This document shows positions 34,841 to 41,271 of a stretch of DNA of 41,271 bases, one piece after another. The stretch lies in the IMG/VR virus record IMGVR_UViG_3300017778_002899, positions 1-41,271 of that record. The stretch is one strand, 5' to 3'. This DNA is from a virus. Lineage: Duplodnaviria > Caudoviricetes. Position numbers and translations under genes: made by a program. Each line of letters opens with the position of its first letter. Within the stretch, counting starts at the first letter, position 1. A model generated the notes under the pieces. That model was not told the origin of the DNA. It worked only from the letters and a program-made list of their open reading frames with translations, and made no database searches.

Positions 34841-36916
34841 ATGCCTAGACTCAGTATGTGGCGTCCCAATAGGACGAACGATTACAAATTTTTTGACAAA
34901 ACCATCTCGGAAATGTACACCGTGGGTGGTCTGGATCTCTACATTCACAAGTATCTAGGTCCAAGAACTGCTGGCGAGGACTCGCTGGAAAGCGGTAACT
35001 ATGATGCTACCCAACCTCAATACTCCACAATAGATCCGCTGTTTATTCAAGACTTGCTGTTGCTGGAAAATAGAGATCGTGCATATGATCCTGATGTTTA
35101 TGTCATGCGCGGTGTATATCGAGCGCAGGACATTGATTTTGACCTAACACAGTTTGGATTGTTTTTAAACAATGACACACTGTTTATTACATTTCACTAC
35201 AATGACATGATTGACACATTTGGGCGCAAGCTCATGGTGGGCGATGTTATTGAAGTACCGAACTTAAAAGATATCAATCCTCTTGACACTGCTATCCCAC
35301 GAGCATTGCCAAGATATTATGTTATTCAAGATGCAAACTTTGCTAGTGAGGGCTTCTCCCAAACTTGGTTACCACATTTGTGGCGTATCAAAGCCACTCC
35401 CATGGTCAATGCGCAAGAATACCAAGAAATTATCAACAAACCATTTGTATCAGAACAAATCTGGGATCCAGGTAATTTTTACCCAGCCGGTAGTATTGTG
35501 AACTTCGGCGACAACTATTATCAAGCCCAAATTAATACTCCTGTGGGCACCGAGATCACCAATACCAATTATTGGCAACCAATTGATCCACCAACTGAAG
35601 CAGATGTGGCCAGCACTAGACCCAAAGATCTTGCAATCAATGATGCACTATTGGCACAAGCTGAATTGGAAGTGCCGCTATCAGGATACGATACAGTAAA
35701 ATTCTTTATATTCCCCACCAATGCAGATGGTACTCCTGCTACACCTGTAAACGTCACAGCAGATGGTGCTGATGGAGAACCTAGTGTAGCGTTCACTGCC
35801 AAATACACCACGGGTACTGTGACTAGATCAGGAGAAGATCCTGTTAGTTCCGCAATCGGTGTTGTATTCCCGTCAAACCCACAAGCAAACGACTATGCAT
35901 TGCGTTTGGATTTCTTCCCCAGTCGATTGTTTCAATACAACGGCACAATCTGGGTTGCAGAAGTACTAGGTGAATCTGACACTATTACATTCACTGCGTC
36001 TGGACTCACAAACGACTATGGTCTTCAACCGGTTATTACCCCAGTACGATATTCGCTGGGTACCTTGACAATCGGAACTGCATCGCCAATTGAGGCTGCT
36101 ATTGGTATTGAATTTCCGATAAATCCCTCATCTGGCGACTACTCGTTGAGATTGGATTATTTTCCTAATCGTTTGTATCAATTTGACAGCACTACTTGGA
36201 TGCAACAATCACTAAGTGACACCGAAACAGTGTCGTACACCTTGACCCCAACCGAAACTATAACTGAACAATACAGCATTGGATCAGTGACCATATCTAA
36301 TCAAGCTCCTATCACTGCCGCAATAGGTGTTGCATTTCCAGTTTCTCCCAGTATTGATGACTATGCATTGCGTTTGGATTTCTTCCCCAGTCGATTGTAC
36401 AAATACGATGGTAGTGATTGGATATTGCAAGTGTTAGATACCAGTGACGTTGTGACTTTTGCCGCAACTGGCGCTGCCACAATCACTGTGGATTCAACTT
36501 ACATCAATACATCACAGGCTGCGGTTAGCCCAAGAGCAGATGGTTATACCATGGGCTACTTGACCGGTGACGGTATTGCGCCCAATGGATTGCCAGTTAC
36601 ACCAGGGGTCAGTTTTCCTGTCAGCCCCACCAACGGTCAATACTGCTTGCGATTGGATTATTTTCCAAATCGTTTGTTCCGTTATAATGGTACTGGGTGG
36701 ATCAAGATTGAAGACAATGTTAGAACAAATCTCACAAATGGTCCAATGAATCAAACTTTACGGTCGGGCTTTGTAAACAATACATACACTGTGCCAACAA
36801 CAGACCTAGGCAATATTCCAAGTCGTCAGAGTCTGAGCGAAATTCTCAAACCCCGTGCAGACAACGGCGACCAAAGCGGAGACCAGCCTGCTAATCCAAG
36901 ACCGCCAGGACGATAA
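34841..36916 (+). CDS. Neck protein (gp14-like N-terminus) with CBM-like insert and four C-terminal repeats
   Basis: FDLTQFGLFL..D.LFITFH...GRKLMVGDVIEVP resembles the gp14 'FG...D....GD.I..P' pattern; precedes a gp15-like gene; 4x GVxFPxxP...YxLRLDxFPxRLxxY/FxxxxW. Confidence 0.7.
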   Translation: MPRLSMWRPNRTNDYKFFDKTISEMYTVGGLDLYIHKYLGPRTAGEDSLESGNYDATQPQYSTIDPLFIQDLLLLENRDRAYDPDVYVMRGVYRAQDIDFDLTQFGLFLNNDTLFITFHYNDMIDTFGRKLMVGDVIEVPNLKDINPLDTAIPRALPRYYVIQDANFASEGFSQTWLPHLWRIKATPMVNAQEYQEIINKPFVSEQIWDPGNFYPAGSIVNFGDNYYQAQINTPVGTEITNTNYWQPIDPPTEADVASTRPKDLAINDALLAQAELEVPLSGYDTVKFFIFPTNADGTPATPVNVTADGADGEPSVAFTAKYTTGTVTRSGEDPVSSAIGVVFPSNPQANDYALRLDFFPSRLFQYNGTIWVAEVLGESDTITFTASGLTNDYGLQPVITPVRYSLGTLTIGTASPIEAAIGIEFPINPSSGDYSLRLDYFPNRLYQFDSTTWMQQSLSDTETVSYTLTPTETITEQYSIGSVTISNQAPITAAIGVAFPVSPSIDDYALRLDFFPSRLYKYDGSDWILQVLDTSDVVTFAATGAATITVDSTYINTSQAAVSPRADGYTMGYLTGDGIAPNGLPVTPGVSFPVSPTNGQYCLRLDYFPNRLFRYNGTGWIKIEDNVRTNLTNGPMNQTLRSGFVNNTYTVPTTDLGNIPSRQSLSEILKPRADNGDQSGDQPANPRPPGR
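35891..36398 (+). repeat. 40-bp exact direct repeat inside the neck gene (35891-35930 and 36359-36398)
   Basis: gactatgcattgcgtttggatttcttccccagtcgattgt occurs twice. Confidence 0.9.
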
Positions 36917-36919
36917 ACA

Positions 36920-38326
36920 ATGCAACAATTTTTTTACGATGACCAAATACGCAGATTCTTATTGCAGTTTGCTCGTATCTTCAGCAATTTTCAAATTGAA
37001 TATGGTAGCAACAACCCCAATGCCGGCACATTGATTAGAGTCCCTGTGCGGTACGGTGATGCCACACGGCAAGCTCAAACAATTTTGCAAGAAAACTCAG
37101 CCAGTTCACTACCTAGTACACCGCTGATTACCTTTTATATCAATGCACTAGAGTATGACCGTCCAAGGATGCAGGAACCGTATTTTGTGAGCAAGATACA
37201 AGTGCGTCAACGCACCTACGATGCTGATACAGAAGCATACGAAACCACACAGGGAAACGCATTTAGTATTGAACGTCTAATGCCTGTGCCATATCTAATG
37301 ACACTGAATTGTGATTTTTGGACTAGTAATACCAATCAAAAATTTCAGTTGTTTGAACAAATTGCCACGCTGTTTAATCCTGCATTGGAAATACAGAGCA
37401 CAGACAACTACATTGACTGGACCAGTTTGAGTGTGGTACAGCTTGAGCGAGTTACCTGGAGCTCACGCACAATTCCTGTGAACACAGAAAATCCCATTGA
37501 CATCATGACCATGACTTTCTCATTGCCAATTTGGATTTCAAGTCCGGCCAAGGTCAAGAAACTAGGTGTTGTTGAACGCATCATTGCATCAATGTATGAC
37601 GCAGGTGGTGACTTGAACAATGCACTCAACAACAGTGATTTGTTGTTGGGCACACGTCAAAAGATAACCCCTTATGGATATCAAGTACTGCTGGTAGGCA
37701 ACAAGCTACAAGTATTAAAACAATCTGCTGTGGTAATTCCCGGCAATGACAATACTGATCCACAAACACCGCCACCCAGCAATGAATACTGGGCGGCTGT
37801 TGCTGGTATGTACGGTGTGTTACGTCCGGGTATTAGTCAGGTGCGCCTTGACAATCCCTGGGATGAAACTGAGATCATTGGCCTGGTAAGTTTTGACCCC
37901 ACTGATGACAGATTCTTGTTGTTTGATGTGGATCCTGATACCATACCTCAAAACACACTGAGTCCAGTGAATGCTGTTATTAATCCACTGTTGTCGGGCC
38001 CAGGAACAGGATTGCCTGCGGCCAGTACAGGGCAACGATATTTGATATTAGAAGACATTGGGTCTGAGGATAACACAGTACCGGCAGCTGACTGGGGAGA
38101 AGTTGTTGCCAAGGCCAATGACATAATTGAATATGATGGTGCCATGTGGCAAGTCACGTTTGAAAGCACGTTTGCTGTCAACGTACAGTATGTTACAAAT
38201 CTTACCACAGGATTACAATATCGCTGGACCGGAATTCCCACAGGTTCGCCAGCAGGTACCCAAGGCGAGTGGGTCAAGAGTTATGAAGGATTGTATCCCG
38301 GAGGGGACTGGAGTTTGGTTCTATGA
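36920..38326 (+). CDS. Tail terminator/sheath stabiliser (gp15-like) with C-terminal extension
   Basis: FFYDDQIRRFLLQFARIFSN, RVPVRYG, MPVPY.M, QLFEQIATLFNP match the gp15 pattern. Confidence 0.8.
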   Translation: MQQFFYDDQIRRFLLQFARIFSNFQIEYGSNNPNAGTLIRVPVRYGDATRQAQTILQENSASSLPSTPLITFYINALEYDRPRMQEPYFVSKIQVRQRTYDADTEAYETTQGNAFSIERLMPVPYLMTLNCDFWTSNTNQKFQLFEQIATLFNPALEIQSTDNYIDWTSLSVVQLERVTWSSRTIPVNTENPIDIMTMTFSLPIWISSPAKVKKLGVVERIIASMYDAGGDLNNALNNSDLLLGTRQKITPYGYQVLLVGNKLQVLKQSAVVIPGNDNTDPQTPPPSNEYWAAVAGMYGVLRPGISQVRLDNPWDETEIIGLVSFDPTDDRFLLFDVDPDTIPQNTLSPVNAVINPLLSGPGTGLPAASTGQRYLILEDIGSEDNTVPAADWGEVVAKANDIIEYDGAMWQVTFESTFAVNVQYVTNLTTGLQYRWTGIPTGSPAGTQGEWVKSYEGLYPGGDWSLVL

Positions 38327-38748
38327 ACGCAGTTGGTGTTTGGTTTTATTCAGTATCAACAGAACGTTATTTGTATCTCATGCGAGACGATCCTCGTCAT
38401 CCAGGCACATGGGGGTTACCTGGTGGCAAAATGGAACCCAACGAAAGTTTGCATGAAACTATCACACGAGAATGTGTTGAAGAAATGGGTTTCATGCCCG
38501 AGTACCTTAATCTAGTGCCCATAGAAAAATTCACTTCGCCCGATGGACAATTTGGATATCATACATTTTTTGCTTGTGTAGCAGAAGAATTTCACCCAAC
38601 GCTCAACTATGAACACATTGGGTATGCATGGATTGCGTCGGGCACATGGCCCAAACCCATGCACCCTGGACTTTGGTCAACTGTGAATTTTGATGTTGTT
38701 CAAGACAAAGTAAATGTTATTCGCAAACAAATACGTACCAAGTGTTAA
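38323..38748 (+). CDS. NUDIX hydrolase
   Basis: Nudix box WGLPGGKMEPNESLHETITRECVEEMG; LNYEH..YAW; HPG. Confidence 0.92.
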   Translation: MNAVGVWFYSVSTERYLYLMRDDPRHPGTWGLPGGKMEPNESLHETITRECVEEMGFMPEYLNLVPIEKFTSPDGQFGYHTFFACVAEEFHPTLNYEHIGYAWIASGTWPKPMHPGLWSTVNFDVVQDKVNVIRKQIRTKC

Positions 38749-39254
38749 AGACGTCCAACTACAATTTCAATAATGCCAGTGACGCCTTCAAAGTTTTCAA
38801 GGCTTTTACCAATCACTGCGCCTGTTGCAGGATTGAGTTCTGCTCTTGCTAGGCCATTACCGGCAGCAACCATTAGGTCGCCCTTTTTAACTTCGCCAGT
38901 TACCTTGGTAGGTACTCGACCCATCAGTGCCACTGCTATCACATGCTCTCCAGGTTGGCCTGCATTCATCACATAAGATGGGTTTGTAGAAACAACTCCG
39001 GCCACAGCTCGACTGGAATCGTTATAACACACAGTGACTTCTTTGGTGCCGCCAAACATCATCACTGTGCCCGGTTCAGCTGGATTATCAGCTTCATACA
39101 TCTCGGCCAAGTCAGCGTACTGTGCTGAAGTTGCCTTGGCAAAAATTGTGTTGAAATACGCAATTGAAGTTCCGATATTACCAATCCCGTTGCCATTGGC
39201 ATTGAGCAATGCTGGTGTAGTAATTCCACTTGTTCCGTCTAAAGTAATCGCCAT
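38745..39254 (-). CDS. Short fibre-associated protein with ADLAE-type (peptidase G2 / intramolecular chaperone-like) C-terminal domain
   Basis: YADLAEMY, GVVSTNPSYVMN, VALMGRVPTKV.G.VKKGDLMV, GAVIGKSLE; ATAAATA box and AAGGA SD. Confidence 0.65.
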   Translation of the reverse strand: MAITLDGTSGITTPALLNANGNGIGNIGTSIAYFNTIFAKATSAQYADLAEMYEADNPAEPGTVMMFGGTKEVTVCYNDSSRAVAGVVSTNPSYVMNAGQPGEHVIAVALMGRVPTKVTGEVKKGDLMVAAGNGLARAELNPATGAVIGKSLENFEGVTGIIEIVVGRL

Positions 39255-39281
39255 TTTATTTGTCCTTGTTTAAATTATTTA

Positions 39282-41270
39282 TTAAATTACAATCAGGGTT
39301 GAACCTGTTGGAGCTGTAATTACGTCGCCGTCGGACACCACATATGGGCCAATCAACATGGCATTCACACCAGTAGGAAGTGTTCCTGATCCGCTTGAGC
39401 TTTTGGGGTTGGAAAACACAGCGCCGCCACCTAGTGCTAGTGCACCTGAGCTAATGGTAACCACATTGGCAACGCCTGTTGCGCCAAAGGTAATGTTGGC
39501 ATTGGCAGTTACAAACACATTGCTGTTGCCGTTTGTTAGAGCATTACCGGCGCTGACTGCAATATTTGTTAGTTGACTACCATCACCTTTAAAGTAAGCT
39601 GATGTAGTGATGTTACCAGTGGCAGTTACTTGGCCAGCAGTGGTATAGTTACCTGCTGTGGAGTTACCTGTTGTGTTAAGTGTACCAGCAATATTAGCAC
39701 CAGTTGTGGTTGCAACCAACATATTTGTGCCATTTGGTGCTAATGTAATATTTCCACTGGCTGCTGTTATGATGCTCAACGCACCTGTATCAACAATGTT
39801 GCCGGTGACATTCAAATTACCACCACTGATGTTACCAGTAACAGTTAAGCTTGTTAATGTACCAACTGATGTAATGTTTGTTTGTGCGGCTGTGGTTATT
39901 GTACCAATAATGTTGGTACCTGACAAGTTACCACCATCAATATTGCCAGTGACACTCAATGATGTCAGTGTACCAACTGAGGTAATATTTGTTTGTGCGC
40001 CTGTGGTTAGAGTGCCCACAATGTTGGTACCTGACAGATTGCCCGAAGTAATATTACCAGTAACTGCCAAACTACCTAGTGTACCAACTGACGTAATGTT
40101 TGTTTGTGCGGCTGTGGTCAATGTGCCCACAATGTTTGTAGCCTCAAGATTGCCCACATTGGCATTGCCAGTGGCATTTAATGTACCAGCAATATTAGCA
40201 CCAGTTGTGGTTGCAACCAACATATTTGTGCCATTTGGTGCTAATGTAATATTTCCATTGCTACTGGTGATGATAGTTAATGCACCTGTGTCAACAATGT
40301 TTCCTGTCACATTCAAGTTACCACCACTGATGTTACCAGTAACAGTTAAGCTTGTTAATGTACCAACTGATGTAATATTTGGCTGTGCTGCCGTTGTCAA
40401 AGTTCCTGTTAACAGTGTACCTGATACATTACCACCGGCAATGTTGCCAGTGACTGTTAATGATCCTAATGTGCCCACACTTGTGATATTTGTTTGTGCG
40501 GCTGTGGTCAATGTGCCACTAACATTGGTAAATGTGCCTGTTGCACCAGACACATTGCCAGTTGACACATTGCCGCTGAACACGCCCGATGTTGCACCAG
40601 TTAATGCGCCATTAATGTTGGCGCCGGCAAAGGTGGCAGCTCCTGCACGTAATGGTTGGTATATTGCATTACCCCAATCAACCACAGTTGTGGGTTCAGT
40701 TACTACGTTGCCAAATACACCCCATACTCCATCAAGGTGGTTACGAACAAACCCGCCGTGTTGGTCAAGACCATCATCATAAGTGGTAATAAAGCCAAGA
40801 TCTACCAGATTAGCGGTATTGTTAGCACCCAAGAAAATCAATGGATCGCCGATCACTAAATCTGTAACGTTTTGATAATTCAAATTACCAGTGGCGTTGA
40901 TGTTTCCAGTAATGTTAAGATTACCTGTTTGATTAACATTTCCCGTAATAGTCAAGCTTGTTAATGTACCTAGACTTGTTACATTGGGTTGTGCTGCCGT
41001 TGCCAAGGTGCCAGTTAACAGTGTGCCTGAAACATTACCACCACTAATGTTACCAGTTACTGTTAGCGATGTTAGCGTGCCAACTGACGTAATATTTGTT
41101 TGAGCCGCAGTGGTCAAAGTACCTACAATGTTGGTACCTGATAAGTTGCCACCACTTATGTTGCCAGTGGCGTTGAAGGTACCTGTGACATTTGCACCTG
41201 TTGTAGTTACAACTAGTACATCGGCTGTACCGCCTACTGAAGTGGTAACGTTACCACCAGAACTGACTAC
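39282..41270 (-). CDS. Repetitive fibre-like virion protein, 5' end outside the window
   Basis: Frame is open from 41270 (VVSSGGNVTTSVGG...NIVGTLTTAAQ), so the track start at 41117 is not the true start; 8 copies of TxAQ(T/P)N(I/V)TS(V/L)GTL; G/T/N/S/A-rich. Confidence 0.8.
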   Translation of the reverse strand, partial: VVSSGGNVTTSVGGTADVLVVTTTGANVTGTFNATGNISGGNLSGTNIVGTLTTAAQTNITSVGTLTSLTVTGNISGGNVSGTLLTGTLATAAQPNVTSLGTLTSLTITGNVNQTGNLNITGNINATGNLNYQNVTDLVIGDPLIFLGANNTANLVDLGFITTYDDGLDQHGGFVRNHLDGVWGVFGNVVTEPTTVVDWGNAIYQPLRAGAATFAGANINGALTGATSGVFSGNVSTGNVSGATGTFTNVSGTLTTAAQTNITSVGTLGSLTVTGNIAGGNVSGTLLTGTLTTAAQPNITSVGTLTSLTVTGNISGGNLNVTGNIVDTGALTIITSSNGNITLAPNGTNMLVATTTGANIAGTLNATGNANVGNLEATNIVGTLTTAAQTNITSVGTLGSLAVTGNITSGNLSGTNIVGTLTTGAQTNITSVGTLTSLSVTGNIDGGNLSGTNIIGTITTAAQTNITSVGTLTSLTVTGNISGGNLNVTGNIVDTGALSIITAASGNITLAPNGTNMLVATTTGANIAGTLNTTGNSTAGNYTTAGQVTATGNITTSAYFKGDGSQLTNIAVSAGNALTNGNSNVFVTANANITFGATGVANVVTISSGALALGGGAVFSNPKSSSGSGTLPTGVNAMLIGPYVVSDGDVITAPTGSTLIVI
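39681..40376. repeat. Recent internal duplication in the fibre gene, offset 501 nt
   Basis: 76-bp exact repeat at 39681-39756 and 40182-40257; a second exact block at 39817-39875 and 40318-40376. Confidence 0.88.
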
Positions 41271-41271
41271 C

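Noticed and set aside
35891-36398. 40-bp direct repeat as att site or mobile-element end
   Set aside because: Both copies encode the same peptide core inside one intact ORF; no integrase or transposase nearby.
47-39576. Many 60-150 aa ORFs nested in or antisense to larger genes
   Set aside because: Overlap well-supported CDSs, mostly non-ATG starts, no motifs or RBS.
39658-40782. 374-aa plus-strand ORF
   Set aside because: Antisense shadow of the repetitive fibre gene; biased codons leave few stops on the opposite strand; no RBS or motif.
39282-41270. Repeats as a CRISPR array or DGR template/variable pair
   Set aside because: Repeats are in-frame coding units without unique spacers; differences are not adenine-specific; no cas or reverse transcriptase gene in the window.
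1-41271. Alternative genetic code (stop reassignment)
   Set aside because: Core genes are full length in code 11; TAA, TGA and TAG all end genes followed closely by the next feature.
1-41271. tRNA, rRNA or other structured RNA genes
   Set aside because: Intergenic gaps are about 125 nt or less and are explained by promoters and leaders; no cloverleaf seen by eye (tRNAscan/Infernal not run).

Overview
A 41-kb internal segment of a large T4-like (myovirus, jumbo-type) dsDNA phage genome, standard genetic code, mostly on the minus strand. Core genes: uvsY, uvsX, gp32 SSB, large terminase (gp17), probable small terminase, gp4-like head completion nuclease, tail tube (gp19) and a tube-like paralog, an enlarged tail sheath (gp18), dNMP kinase, a DEDDh exonuclease, neck/terminator proteins (gp13/gp14/gp15-like), NUDIX hydrolase and a repetitive fibre protein cut by the right edge. 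Wedged around uvsX and gp32 are about 13 accessory enzyme genes: several glycosyltransferase-like proteins, a B12-binding radical SAM enzyme, a 2OG-Fe(II) oxygenase, a Na+/solute symporter, a short PaaK-like adenylate-forming ligase, a hexapeptide acyltransferase, an NPPH methyltransferase and an SGNH protein. Together they look like a phage-encoded import, activate, tailor and transfer pathway, possibly for virion glycan decoration. Also visible: candidate capsid-internal proteins with T4 CTS-like N-termini, a modular 817-aa possible polyprotein, TAAATA late-promoter boxes 4-7 nt before start codons (possibly leaderless), an RBS-occluding hairpin on the gp13 gene, and near-consensus sigma70 promoters. 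All functional calls come from motifs recognised by eye; no searches were run. No tRNA, rRNA, CRISPR array, intron or intein was seen.
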